Source of the DNA: an uncultured Acidimicrobiia bacterium
Lineage (GTDB): Bacteria; Actinomycetota; Acidimicrobiia; Spongiisociales; UBA11373
NCBI GenBank assembly: GCA_963796115.1
Contig: CAWCKE010000005.1
Span: 564,505-628,504 of the forward strand
Direction of reading: 5' to 3'
Length of the DNA: 64,000 bases
Numbering within the stretch: the stretch's first letter is position 1; each line of letters opens with the position of its first letter. The notes beneath the pieces are model-generated. The model saw nothing but the letters and a program-made list of their open reading frames with translations, did not search any database and was not told where the DNA came from. The translations under genes and the position numbers were made by a program. This document shows, piece after piece, positions 1-10,445 of the stretch.

Positions 1-705
1 AAGGAGAGCTCGGCGCCCATGTGCATGAAGAAGAAGGCCGAGATCAGGCGCGATGAGCAGCGCGTGGCGCTGCAGGGCGCTGCGGATGCCCACCTCCGGC
101 TGATCGACGGGCGGGCTCTCCGGGCTGGGCTGCCGGGCCAGCCACACGGCCACCGGGAGCATCAGGGCGGCGTAGAGCCAGTAGGTGTTGGTCGCGCTGT
201 CGGTGGCGGCGGCGAACCCGTTCATGACCAGGGGGCCGATGAAAGCGCCGATCCCGAAGGAGAGGTGCAGGGCGTTCATGTAGGGCGGGACCTCGGGGCC
301 GTACAGCCACACCATCAGGGTGTTGCCGCCGACGTCCATGATCCCCAGGGCCAGCCCGATGAGCGCGAACACGACGATGAGCAGCCACAGCTCCGTCAGC
401 CAGGGGATGGTGACCGTCACCAGGGCCATGGCCAGCAGGGAGACGGCCAGGACGCGGCCGCCGGCGAGGCGGCCGTAGAGCCGGCCGCCCACGATGGACC
501 CGCCGATGTAGCCCAGGGACATGACGACGATGAGGAAGCTGACCGCCCCGGTCGAGGAGCCGCTCTGCTCCTCCAGGTCGTTCATGCACGGCCCGATCGA
601 AGTGAGCATCAGGCCGAGCAGCAGGTAGGCGGCGTAGTACGACGCAGCGATGGCGAGCTTGCGTGCCTTGGGCAGTAGAGACGTGGCGGTCCCGCCTGCG
701 GTCAT
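1..705 (-). CDS. MFS transporter; 5' part is in the window and the 3' end runs off the left edge
   Basis: ATG at 705-703. My translation reads MTAGGTATSLLPKARKLAIAASYYAAYLLLGLMLTSIGPCMNDL...LGYIGGSIVGGRLYGR..., with serial hydrophobic helices. It is absent from the ORF track because it has no stop in the window. The motif FFFMHMGAELS lies in the neighbouring frame near 50-60, so a frame slip is likely there. Confidence 0.75.
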   Translation of the reverse strand, partial: MTAGGTATSLLPKARKLAIAASYYAAYLLLGLMLTSIGPCMNDLEEQSGSSTGAVSFLIVVMSLGYIGGSIVGGRLYGRLAGGRVLAVSLLAMALVTVTIPWLTELWLLIVVFALIGLALGIMDVGGNTLMVWLYGPEVPPYMNALHLSFGIGAFIGPLVMNGFAAATDSATNTYWLYAALMLPVAVWLARQPSPESPPVDQPEVGIRSALQRHALLIAPDLGLLLHAHGRRALL

Positions 706-754
706 GTCGGTGTGCTCCTGTGCTGTCCCGCCCCCGGCGGGGTCGGCCTGTTCT

Positions 755-1619
755 CTACGGCCGGCGGCCCGCCGTCAGCTTCTCGTAGAGGGAGGACACG
801 TTCTCCCGCTGGATGTGCTCCATCATGTGGCCCTGGCCGACATCCACCGGGAAGCGGTCGGCGAAGCTGATCCGGGCTATGCACTCCTCCTTGCTCCAGC
901 CCCGGGCGATGCCCAGGGCGACGGTGGTGACCCACTCCATGAGAAAGGCCTTCTGGACGGCGAGGTAGGCCTTGTCGGTCACCGGGCCGTGCCCGGGGAT
1001 GACGTGGTCGACGTCGAGGAGGGCGATCCTGTCGAGGGACGCCAGCCACTGGTCCACGCTCGACACGTAGAGCCACGTCTGGCAGTTGCAGAAGACCGTG
1101 TCGCCGGTGAACACCGCCCGCTCCTCGGGGACGTGCACGGCGATCTGGCCGACTGTGTGCCCCGGCGTGTAGAGGAGCTCGAAGGTGTGGCCCCCAACCT
1201 TGAGGGTGAGGTCCTCGGTGAAGGTGATGGCCGGCCGGTTGGGGTCGCGGTAGTAGGTCTCCTCGTCGGGGAAGATGGCCTCGCCCTCGGGGTCGTCGGT
1301 GGGGAGGGCTTCCTTGGCGTACCAGTAGGGGCTGGGGACCTGGCTGGCGAGCATGAAGTTGCGTTCCACCTCGATGTGGGCCACCACCGGCCCGGCTCCC
1401 CGGAAGTAGTAGTTCCCGAAGATGTGGTCGACGTGGTGCTCGGTGTTGATCACGTAGCGGACCGGCCCGTGCGCCTCGGCCTGCCCGGCGCATCTCCACC
1501 GCCTTGGTGGGCAGCTGGGGCGTGTCGATCACCACCACCCCGTCGGAGGTCACCACGAAGCTGGGGTTGCACCCCCGGTAGGTGGTGTCGGTGAATGCGT
1601 TGGCCGTCACCTGCTGCAC
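755..1619 (-). CDS. MBL-fold metallo-hydrolase; one frameshift near 1481-1488 as assembled
   Basis: HHVDH (HxHxDH) motif in ORF 755..1453. The N-terminus VQQVTANAFTDTTYRGCNPSFVVTSDGVVVIDTPQLPTKAVEM lies in the frame of ORF 702..2303. GTG start at 1619, preceded by GGGAG. Confidence 0.8.
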
Positions 1620-1693
1620 GGTCGCCCGCTCCCTTCTGCGGTGCTTGCCCGGTCCGCCGGTGGCCGCCCGTCCCGGTCCCGGCGGTGCATTGC

Positions 1694-2479
1694 TCACTGG
1701 GTGGCCGTCAACCCCCCGTCGATGGTCAGGATCTGCCCCGTGACGAACGCGGATGCGCTGGAGCAGAAGAACAGCACTGCCCCCAGGAGGTCGTCGGGGG
1801 TGCCCACCCGGCCCAGGGGGATGCGCGACACGACGCCCTCCTTGAACTTGGGGTCGTCGAGCAGCATGGCCACCTGCGGGGTGTCGACGAAGGTGGGGGA
1901 GATGGCGTTGACCGTGATGCCGTAGGGCGCCCACTCGGTCGCCATCTGGCGGGTGAGCGAGCTGATCGCCCCCTTGGCGGCCACGTAGGCCGAGTAGCCG
2001 GCGTTGATGCCGAGCTGGGCCCGGACCGAGGAGATGTTCAGCACCCGGCCCCCGTTCCCGGCGGCGATCATCGCTCGGGCCGCCGCCTGGGTGGGGAGGA
2101 GGTTGGCCCGCACGTTCAGTTCGAAGATCCAGTCCCAGGCGTCGCGGGGGTAGTCCTGGACGGGGAAGAGGACCTTGCCGGCCCCGCCGCCGATGGCGTT
2201 GATGATGATGTCGAGGTGCCCGAGGCCGGCCAGGGTCTCGGCGACGGCCCGGTCGGCGTCTTCCTCCTTGGTCATGTCGCCGGCGACCACCAGGGAGCGG
2301 CAACCCTCGTCGCGCACCCTCTGGGCGGCCGGCTCACCCAGTTCCCGCGTCCGCTCCACGACGGCCACGTCGGCCCCGGCGCTCGCCAGGCCGCAGGCCA
2401 GGGCCGAGCCGATGCCCCCGCCGCCCCCGGGGATGAGGGCGACTCTGCCGTCGAGGCGGAACCTGTCCAGGCTGCTCAT
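1694..2479 (-). CDS. SDR family oxidoreductase (gluconate-5-dehydrogenase-like)
   Basis: Intact 261-aa ORF. Glycine-rich dinucleotide motif IPGGGGGIGSA, a NAIG motif, and the catalytic YSAYVAAK (YxxxK). Confidence 0.9.
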   Translation of the reverse strand: MSSLDRFRLDGRVALIPGGGGGIGSALACGLASAGADVAVVERTRELGEPAAQRVRDEGCRSLVVAGDMTKEEDADRAVAETLAGLGHLDIIINAIGGGAGKVLFPVQDYPRDAWDWIFELNVRANLLPTQAAARAMIAAGNGGRVLNISSVRAQLGINAGYSAYVAAKGAISSLTRQMATEWAPYGITVNAISPTFVDTPQVAMLLDDPKFKEGVVSRIPLGRVGTPDDLLGAVLFFCSSASAFVTGQILTIDGGLTATQ

Positions 2480-2555
2480 GCTCGCTCCTTCTCGAGGCTG
2501 CGGTCGGCGCTTCGCCGTTGGGCCGGGTGGCCGGGCGCGAGATCGGTGTTGGCCC

Positions 2556-3507
2556 TCATGCCACCCGAGCCCGCACGAACGCTTCGATCGCTTCGGCCGT
2601 CTTGGCGGCCGAGAGCCCGTACTTCTCCAGCAATGCTTCGTCGGGGCCCGATTCCCCGAAGATGTCGGCCAGGCCGTGCCGCTTCACCGGCACCGGGTGG
2701 CGGTCGGAGAGTACCTCGGCCACCGCCCCGCCGAGTCCGCCGATGATGGTGTGCTCCTCGGTGGTGACCACGAAGCCGGTGGCCCGGGCCGCCTCCACGA
2801 TGCCCTCCTGGTCGATGGGCTTCAGGGTGGGCACGTGCACCAGGTGGACGTCGATGCCCCCGGCCGGCGAGGATCTCCGCGGCCTGGTAGGCGCGCACGG
2901 TGTGGGTCCCGGTGGAGAACACGGTGACGTCACTGCCGGGACGGACCACGGTGGAGCGCCCCAGCTCGAACCGGTAGGTGTCGTCGAACAGGAGGCCGGA
3001 GGACTCGCGGCTCAGGCGGAGGTACGTCGGGCGGGGGTCGTTCACGATGGCCTTGATGGCTTGCCGGGCCTCGACTTCGTCGGCCGGGGCCACCACCACC
3101 ATGTTGGCCATCGTCCGCATGATGGCCAGGTCGTCGAAGATCAGGTGGGTCTTGCCCGTCATGCTGGCCAGCAGGCCGGCGTAGCCGCCGGCGATCTTCA
3201 CCGGCAGCTTGGGCTGCGCGATGAGCACCCGGATGGAGTCGAGGGCGCGGGCTACGGCGAAACAGGCGAAGGTGGAGACGAAGGGGATGTACCCCACCGT
3301 CGCCATGCCGGCTGCCGCTCCCAGCAAGTTCTGTTCGGCGATGCCCATCTGGAAGAAGCGCTCGGGGTGAGCGTTCTCGAAGATGTCGGCGCGGGTGGAG
3401 CTGCCCAGGTCGGCGTCGAGGACGACGATGCGGGGGTCGCTGTTGCCCAACTCCGCCACCGTCTCCCCGAAGACGACTCGCAGTGCCTTTCCGGGAGCGA
3501 GGGTCAC
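2556..3507 (-). CDS. Transketolase, C-terminal (pyrimidine-binding) subunit; one frameshift at the C5 run 2857-2861
   Basis: VTLAPGKALRVVFGETVAELG...FFQMGIAEQNLLGAAAGMA in one frame continues as GIDVHLVHVPTLKPIDQEGIVEAA...GGLGGAVAEVL in ORF 2556..2933. The GTG start overlaps the upstream stop (GTGA). Confidence 0.85.
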
Positions 3508-4394
3508 GACGCACCTCCCTGCACCGCCGTCTCCGCCTCGCCCAGCTCGGCCAGCGCGAGGGCGAGCTCCTCTTTGTTGGGCACGCGAGCGTGCCACAGG
3601 TAGTTGTTCTCCATGAAGGAAACGCCCTTGCCCTTGACGGTGTGGGCGATGACGGCCGCCGGCCCTCCCTTGTAGTCGCGGGCCGCCTCGACCGTGGCGA
3701 GGATGTCGGCCATGTCGTGGCCGTCCATCTCCAGCACGTGCCAGCCGAAGGCCGCCCAGCGGTCGGCCAGCTGGCTCCCGGTGTAGGAGGGCTGGCGCTT
3801 GCCGGGTGTCTCCGACCGCCAGCCGAACTGCTGCAGCCGGTTGTGGTCCACGATGGCTACCAGGTTGTCCAGGGCGTGGCGCTGGGCGGCGTGCGCGCCC
3901 TCCCAGACGATGCCTTCGTTGCATTCGCCGTCGCCGAGCATCGCGTAGGTCGTGCAGGTCTTGCCGGCGAGACGGGTGCCGAGGGCGATGCCGATGGCCC
4001 CCGAGAAGCCGAGGCCGAGCGAGCCCGAGGACATGTCCACGCCGGGGGTGATCGCCATGTCGGGGTGGCCCTGCAGGCGGGAGTTGATCGCGTCGAAGGT
4101 CTTCAGCTCCTCGACGGGGAAGTAACCGCGCATGGCCAGTGCGGTATAGAGGGCGATGGAGCTGTGGCCCTTGGAGAGGACGAAGCGGTCCCGGTCGGGC
4201 CATTGGGGCTCCTCCGGGCGCACGTTCAACACCCGGAAGTAGAGGGCGGTGAGCATGTCGATGGCCGAGAGCGGGCCGCCGAGGTGGCCGCCATGCGCCC
4301 CGGCGATCGAGCGGACGATGTGCACCCGGGCCTGGCGGGCCAGTTCCTCGAGCTCGGCCACGGTCGGGCCGGCCCCTGGTGAGCCTGTCTTCAC
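3504..4394 (-). CDS. Transketolase, N-terminal (TPP-binding) subunit
   Basis: Intact 296-aa ORF with GHLGGPLS, SKGHSSIALY, and the GDGECNEG thiamine-diphosphate motif. It has a 4-nt overlap with the downstream subunit. Confidence 0.9.
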   Translation of the reverse strand: MKTGSPGAGPTVAELEELARQARVHIVRSIAGAHGGHLGGPLSAIDMLTALYFRVLNVRPEEPQWPDRDRFVLSKGHSSIALYTALAMRGYFPVEELKTFDAINSRLQGHPDMAITPGVDMSSGSLGLGFSGAIGIALGTRLAGKTCTTYAMLGDGECNEGIVWEGAHAAQRHALDNLVAIVDHNRLQQFGWRSETPGKRQPSYTGSQLADRWAAFGWHVLEMDGHDMADILATVEAARDYKGGPAAVIAHTVKGKGVSFMENNYLWHARVPNKEELALALAELGEAETAVQGGAS

Positions 4395-4425
4395 TTGCTG
4401 CCTCCTCGGCGCTGTGCCCTGGGTG

Positions 4426-4791
4426 TCACTCGACCTTCTTGTCCCACGAGCCGGGCACCACGGGCGGAGAGAAGGAGGTCACCAGCTCGAGCGGCCCGGG
4501 CCCGTAGGACACCGTGGCGTGGTGCTCGCCCACCGGGACGTAGACCGCCGTGCCCGGCTCCAGGGGCACGGACCCCTCGGGGGACACCAGGGCGCCGTGC
4601 CCGGACACGCAGAAGACGACCTCCTCCTGGGTGGGGTGGACGTGGCCTTCGGGGGCAGAACCGGGGGGGAAGACCGAGTAACCGACGGTGAGGTTGCGGG
4701 ACCCGGCGCTCTCCGGGCCTATGTAGAGAAGCCACTCGCGTCCGGGTAGGTGGTGTACCTGAACCTCGCTGCGCGTCACAGCCTTGAGCAT
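4426..4791 (-). CDS. Cupin domain protein
   Basis: 121 aa counted from the ATG at 4791. The core GHVHPTQEEVVFCVSGHG...VPVGEHH matches the two cupin His motifs. The upstream part of ORF 4426..5034 is Pro/Arg-rich and looks non-coding. Confidence 0.75.
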   Translation of the reverse strand: MLKAVTRSEVQVHHLPGREWLLYIGPESAGSRNLTVGYSVFPPGSAPEGHVHPTQEEVVFCVSGHGALVSPEGSVPLEPGTAVYVPVGEHHATVSYGPGPLELVTSFSPPVVPGSWDKKVE

Positions 4792-4954
4792 GCGTCTCCC
4801 ATCAGCCCGCGCCAGCGCGAGGGCCGGGCAATCATCGATTATCGAGCGCTGGCCACGATACGCCGCGGCGGCAGGACCGTCAACTGAAGCCAGGCCCCGG
4901 CTGTCCCCGGCGGCTTGGCGTCCCCGGGCGGCCAACTGATGCCCTCCGGCCGGG

Positions 4955-5482
4955 CTATTCCGTCGGCCGCCCCGGCGAGGCCGGTGGGGCCTCGGATGGG
5001 CGGTCCTGGGGGTTGGAGGGCGCCCAGCCGGCATCCGCGATGAGGCGGGTCATCTCGGTGATGGCGAACTCGATTTGGTGCAGGCAGGCCGTTCGCCAGA
5101 TGCCGCTCTGGATGAAGTCGTGATGCGCCCCGGGGTCGCGGAAGTCGTAACCGGTGAGTTCCCGGCAGTTGACGGAGCCGAACTCACGGGCAAAGGCGGC
5201 CAGCAGGCCCTCGACCAGGGCCCGGGCCTCCCGCTTGGCCTCGGCGTGATCGGCGAGGGAGCGCCCGGCCAGGCGCCCGGCGGCCAGCGCGGCGCCGGTG
5301 ATGGCCCCGCAGGTTGCCCCCGAATAGGCGATGCCCCCGTTGAGGGCCATGGCGGGGGACGAGTCCCCGGCGTCGGGCAGGCCCAACTGCTCTTGGAGGA
5401 CGATCAGGGTCACCTCGGCGCAGCCGTACGTGTTGGCATCGTCGAGGAACAACTCCCGGGCTCGGCTCAAGGCATCAATCAT
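4955..5482 (-). CDS. C_GCAxxG_C_C family (redox-active Cys) protein
   Basis: Intact 175-aa ORF with YGCAE, SGATCGAITGA (the C-GCAxxG signature) and downstream NCRE/ACLH cysteines. Confidence 0.75.
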   Translation of the reverse strand: MIDALSRARELFLDDANTYGCAEVTLIVLQEQLGLPDAGDSSPAMALNGGIAYSGATCGAITGAALAAGRLAGRSLADHAEAKREARALVEGLLAAFAREFGSVNCRELTGYDFRDPGAHHDFIQSGIWRTACLHQIEFAITEMTRLIADAGWAPSNPQDRPSEAPPASPGRPTE

Positions 5483-5494
5483 CGGCCGTCCCGG

Positions 5495-5797
5495 TCAGGT
5501 GGTGGCGAAGTAGTCGAACGTCAGCAGCTGCGCGACGTTCGGTCGCGAAAGGGCGATGAAGGCCTGGTGGTCGGGATGGGCCTGGTACCCGTCCCGGTCG
5601 GCCTCGGAAGCGAAGGAGACCACGAAGCAGTGGGTGAAGCCCCGGGAGAAGCCCTGGACACTCACGTCCGTGCCCCATTCGAAGGCGGCGACTTGAGGGA
5701 TCTTGGCCGGCAGGGCCCGGAAGGCATCCTCGATCTCCCGCACCTTGTCGGCCGGGACCTCCGGCTTCCAGCCGAACATCACCACGTGGCGCAGCAT
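5495..5797 (-). CDS. Dabb family stress-responsive alpha/beta-barrel protein
   Basis: Intact 100-aa ORF beginning MLRHVVMF, followed by HCFVVSFASEADRDGYQAHPDHQAF, which is typical of Dabb domains. Confidence 0.8.
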   Translation of the reverse strand: MLRHVVMFGWKPEVPADKVREIEDAFRALPAKIPQVAAFEWGTDVSVQGFSRGFTHCFVVSFASEADRDGYQAHPDHQAFIALSRPNVAQLLTFDYFATT

Positions 5798-5942
5798 CCC
5801 TACCTCTTCCGTCGAAGGTCACGCCAGAGTAGCGGACGACCCCCGGGCACCCGCCCGGCGGGCCCGCCTCCACGCAAAGGCCTTCTCCCGATAGCATCCG
5901 GGCGTCAAGCCGAGGTACTCCGCCCGAAAGGAAGCAGAAGCC

Positions 5943-6741
5943 ATGTGGCGACGCCTGATCCCCATCCTCCTCCTGGTGGCGCTGGTAGCCGTCGCCTGCG
6001 GCGACGACGAGTCCGTCTTCGACCAGGGAGGGGTGACCACAACCGCGTCTTCCATTGCCGGCGAGGAGACGACCACCACCGGCGCCCAGACGACGACGAC
6101 TGAGGCTGCCACCACACACCGAGGCCACCACCACCCTGGGGGGCGGAGAGCAGGCCATGGCCGACCAGATCGCCGCCGACCTGGTGGCCGAGGGCGGCGA
6201 CACGGGCCTTCCCCTCGACGAGGCGTCCGCCCAGTGCCTGGGCAGCCAGATCGTCGCCACCTTCGGCGTGGCCCGGCTGCAGGAGCTGGACGCGGCCGCC
6301 GGGGGCGAGGGAGATCTGGCGGCTGCGCTCGAGCAGATGACTCCGGAGGAACAGGCTGCGCTCATGGAGGTGATCCTCAATGGAGCCGGCGGGCAGGCGC
6401 CCTGCGTAGACGTGGAGGCGCTCATAGTGGACTCGCTGACGGAGAGCGGCCTCAGCGCCGGCAGCGCCGAGTGCGTGGCCGGGGCGTTCACCGAGGGAAC
6501 CGTCCTGCAGGACCTCCTGGGATCGATGGTGACGGGCGCGGACGGCGAAGGCGAGATGGACCCGGAGGTGATGACTCAGATGTTGACGGTCCTCATGACC
6601 TGCCTGACTCCGGAGGAGCTGGCCGAGATGGGCGAGCATCGACCTGGGCTCCTGAGAGCCGAGCGGTTCGGGTTCGATGGGGCGCCGGCCGGCGCCCCAT
6701 CGCCGATTCAGGTTCCTTGCTGGCGCAGTTCGCGCTGGTAG
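5943..6741 (+). CDS. Hypothetical lipoprotein; one +1 frame change near 6110-6120
   Basis: Signal peptide plus lipobox MWRRLIPILLLVALVAVAC|G, then a Thr-rich linker. It continues in the frame of ORF 6055..6741 as an acidic helical domain. RBS AAAGGAAG upstream. Confidence 0.6.
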
Positions 6742-6854
6742 GCCTTCCAGCCTGGGCACCACTTGGTGTGCCAGCGCCAGATCCGGGACATGAGCTTGTT
6801 GGGCTCGGCCTCGGCCTTGTGGCGCATCGGGCAATCGGCGCATTTGGACTGCAT
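6708..6854 (-). CDS. Small Cys-rich protein of unknown function (48 aa)
   Basis: MQSKCADCPMRHKAEAEPNKLMSRIWRWHTKWCPGWKAYQRELRQQGT. The CPM...RxWRWHxxWCPGWKxY pattern resembles a small protein family I recall from other bacteria. It overlaps the 3' end of the convergent lipoprotein gene by about 34 nt. Confidence 0.5.
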   Translation of the reverse strand: MQSKCADCPMRHKAEAEPNKLMSRIWRWHTKWCPGWKAYQRELRQQGT

Positions 6855-6946
6855 GGAGGGCAGGCTAGTTCGCCCGCGCGGTGCCCGCGCTTGCCGGGGA
6901 GAGCCCATCTGGCCATAGTGCAGCCGTTCGGGCAGAGGAGGAGAGC

Positions 6947-7368
6947 GTGCGGCAGAGACCGTGGGCGGCCGGGCTGGTGGCGGCAGTGATCCTGTTGGCG
7001 TTGGCGGGCTGCGGGGGCGACTCGAGCACTGCCACGGCCTCCATCGAGACCATCTCCGCGGCGGAGGCGGCCGACTTGCTCGCCGCCCCGCCGGACGGAC
7101 TGGTGGTGCTCGACGTCCGCACCCCGGACGAGTTCGCCGCGGGTCATCTGCCGGACGCCATCAACCTCGACTACCAGGCCGCGGGCTTCGCCGACGACCT
7201 GGGCGCTCTCGACCGGGAGGCGCCCTATCTCCTGTACTGCCGCAGTCGGGGAACCGATCCGCCCAGGCGCGGGAGATGATGCGCGGCCTTGGCTTCGTCG
7301 AGGTCTACGAGATCGACGGCGGCATCAACGCCTGGGCGGAGGCGGGCGGCGCCATCGTCGTCCCCTGA
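6947..7368 (+). CDS. Rhodanese-like sulfurtransferase lipoprotein; one frameshift near 7245-7255 at a G run
   Basis: GTG start preceded by GGAGGAG. Lipobox LLALAGC|GG. VLDVRTPDEFAAGHLPDAINLD plus the active-site loop YCRS / GNRSAQA is split across ORFs 6881..7279 and 6961..7368. Confidence 0.8.
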
Positions 7369-7388
7369 ACCGTCGTTACTCTGAGCCA

Positions 7389-8917
7389 GTGGCGACCACC
7401 TGCCTGATCGGCATCGACGCCGGCACGACGTCGGCGAGAGCGGCGGCGTTCGCCCCCGACGGGCGCCTTCTCGCCCTCGCCCGCCGACCCACTCCCACCG
7501 ACCGTCCCCGGCCGGACTGGGCGGAGCACGACGCCGATGCTCTCTGGTCGGCGGTCGCCGCGGCGTTGCGCGAGGTGAGCGAGGCTCTGCCGGCCGATGC
7601 CGAGGTGGCGGGAATCGCCCCGGCCACCGTGGGGGAGGCGGGCCTCCCGGTGGACCGGCACGGCCGGGCCCTGCGCCCGATCATCGCCTGGTTCGACGCC
7701 CGGGCCAGCGGCTACGCCCGGCGCTGGGAGGAGACCGTCGGCGCAGCCCGGGTGTACGCCGTAGCCGGCCAGACCCTGGACGGCCTCTTCGGCGCCAACA
7801 AGATCATGTGGGTGCGTGACCACGAGCCGGAGGTGTGGGCACGCACCGCCGCCTGGCTCTCCACCGAGGACTGGCTGCTCTGGCGGCTGACCGGGGAGGT
7901 GGCCACCGACTACTCGATGGCGGCGCGGACCATGCTGTTCGACCGTGACAGGGGCGAGTGGTCGGCCGAGTTGCTGGCTGCGGCCGATCTCGATGGCCGC
8001 CTCATGCCGCCCGTGCTTCCTTCCGGGTCGGTGCTCGCCGGGCTCTCCGCCGAAGCGGCGGCGGCCACCGGCCTTCCGGCCGGCACGCCGGTGGTGATGG
8101 GAGGCCACGACCATCTGTGCGCCGCCTTCGTGGCGCGGGGGGGAAGGCAGATCCCAATCGACTCCACCGGGACGGCCGAGGCGCTGGTCACCCCGGCGGC
8201 GTCGCCGCCCCCCGGGGACCCCGGCCTGGCTGCCCACGTCAACTGCTACCGGGACGTCGAGCCGGGAAGGGTCGCGCTCCTCTCCTCGGTGGCGTTCGCC
8301 GGCGGCCTGGTGGATTGGCTGCGCCGCCAGGTGTTCCGCATCGGTGAGGACGATCCCGACGCCTATGCACGGATGATGGACGAGGTGCGCCGGCCGGTGC
8401 GGCCCAACGGCTTGCTCTGCTTCCCGGAGTTCGGCCGGGGGGCCTCGCCCCGCTGGGACCCGGCCGGGGCGCGCGGCGCCTTCGTGGGGCTCACCCAGGG
8501 CCACGACCGTGGGGATCTTCTCCAGGCCGCCCTGGAGGCCACGTGCTTCTCGCTCCGGCACAACCTCGCCTGGGTGGAGGAGCACCTCGTCCGTTGCCGT
8601 GGAACGGGTGCGGGTCCTCGGCGGAGCGGTGCGCAACCCGGTCTGGGTGCAGATGAAGGCCGACCTGACCGGCCGGGAGATCGAGGTGATCGACCTGCCG
8701 GAGGCGGCCGCCCTGGGAGCGGCGGTGCTCGCCGGGGTAGGGGCGGGCGTCTATCCGACCCACGCCGCCGGGGCGGCCGCGGTGGCCGCCGTCCGGCACC
8801 GTGGTCCGGCCGGATCCCGGACGGCAGGAGGCCTACCGGCGGCTGTACGAGGTGTGGCTGCGTCTCCCCGATCTGGTGGGGCCCCTGGCCCGCGCCCTGG
8901 CCGCGGAGACCCGCTGA
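7389..8917 (+). CDS. FGGY-family carbohydrate kinase (xylulokinase-like); two +1 frame changes, near 8590 and near 8800
   Basis: N-terminus LIGIDAGTTSARAA. Mid-protein GGHDHLCAAF. C-terminal VRVLGGAVRNPVWVQMKADLTGREIEVIDLPEAAALGAAVLAG lies in ORF 8509's frame. The tail RPDPGRQEAYRRLYEVWLRL is in the third frame and ends at TGA 8915-8917. Confidence 0.8.
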
Positions 8918-8924
8918 GCGTGTC

Positions 8925-10433
8925 TCAGCCGGAGCGCTGTCGGTCGGTCTGCCGGTTGAGGTCGGCCAGTCGCTGCTGCAGCCTCCGGTCGGCGGCTCCC
9001 GGCTTCATCCGCCAGGTCCAGTTGCCCCCGAAGCGACCCCGGGGTGTTCATCCGTGCCTCCGACCCCAACCCCAGCAGGTCCTGCAGGGGCGCCACCGCC
9101 AGGAAGGCGCGGGAGTCCCAGGCCACGCGGATCAGGCCCCAGGCGATGCGGCGCCCGTCGCCGCCGACGGCGGCGCGCACCCGCCGGCGCTGCTCGGGGG
9201 GCAGCGACCGGTACCAGCCCACGGTGGTGTCGTTGTCGTGGGTGCCGGTGTAGACGACGCAGTTCTCCGGGTGGTACCCGGGCAGGAAGGGGTTCTCGGG
9301 GATCTCCGTCGTAGGCGAACTGCAGCACCTTCATGCCGGGGAGGCCGACCTCGGCCAGCAGGGCGGGAACCTCCGGGTGGAGCTCACCGAGGTCCTCGGC
9401 CACGATGGGCAGGCCGCCCAGGGCCTGCTCGGCACGGGCGGAAGAAGGCGGCCCCGGGCCCCGGCACCCAGCGCCCGACGGCGGCCGTGGGGGAGCCGGC
9501 GGGCACCTCCCAGTAGTCCACGAAGGCCCGGAAGTGGTCGATGCGCACCAGGTCGGTGAGTCCGAGCAGGGACCGCAGCCGGGAGATCCACCAGGCGTAG
9601 CCGTCGGCGGCGTGGCGGTCCCAGTCGTAGATGGGGTTGCCCCACAGCTGGCCGGTCTCGGTGAAGTAGTCGGGGGGCACCCCGGCCACGACCGTCGGGC
9701 TGCAGGTCGGCGTCGAGGCGTGAACAGGTCGGGGTGCGCCCAGACGTCGGCGCTGTCCCCGGCCACGTACATGGGGGCATCGCCCATGATGCCGCAGGCC
9801 CAGGCGGCGGGCCCGTGCCCGCAGCCGCTCCCACTGCTCGAAGAAGACGAACTGGCGGAACGCCTGTCGCTCCACCTCGGGGGACAGGGAGGCCCGGGCC
9901 TCGGCCGAGGGCGGCCGCGGCGACGGTGGCGCAGGGGCGCCGGCCACTCCGCCCAGGGCCCGCCGCCGTGGGCTTCCTTGAGGGCCATGAACAGGGCGTA
10001 GTCGTCGAGCCAGCCGGCGTGGGCCCGGCGGAAGGCGCGGTAGCGGGCGGCGGAGTCGCCGGGCGGGTCGGCCAGGAAGCGGTCGAAGGCCCGGTCGAGC
10101 AGGGCCAGCTTCCAGGGGATGACCTGGCCGAAGTCCACCCGGTCGCGCGGGGAAGTCGGGGCGCGTCGGCCAGGTCGGCGGCGCGAGGAGCCCGTCGGCC
10201 ACCAGCAGCTCGGGGCTCACCAGGTAGGGGTTGCCGGCGAAGGCGGAGAAGCAGAAGTAGGGGGAGTCGCCGTAGCCGGTGGGGCCGAGGGGGAGGATCT
10301 GCCAGAAGGTGCACCCGCTCCCGGCCAGCCAGTCGAGCCAGCGGTAGGCTTCGGGCCCCAGGTCGCCGATGCCGTAGGGGCCGGGGAGGCTGGTGGGGTG
10401 GAGGAGGATGCCGGAGCAGCGGGTGCGGGTCAT
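8925..10433 (-). pseudogene. malQ: 4-alpha-glucanotransferase (amylomaltase), broken into at least 6 frame segments as assembled
   Basis: Pieces found in three frames: MTRTRCSGILLHPTSLPGPYGIGDLGPEAYRWLDWL...; WKLALLDRAFDRF...WLDDYALFMALKE; MGDAPMYVAGDSADVW; GQLWGNPIYDW...VRIDHFRAF; LPIVAEDLGE...PGMKVLQFA; and GWYRSLPPEQ...APLQDLLGLGSEARMNTPG. Confidence 0.8.
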
Positions 10434-10445
10434 GGCGGGCGCATG

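Noticed and set aside
702-4203. Long ORFs 702..2303 (-) and 2476..4203 (-)
   Set aside because: - They are composite read-throughs. Only the short parts corresponding to the MBL N-terminus and to the transketolase C-subunit N-terminal two thirds are protein-like.
- The rest overlaps better genes in other frames.
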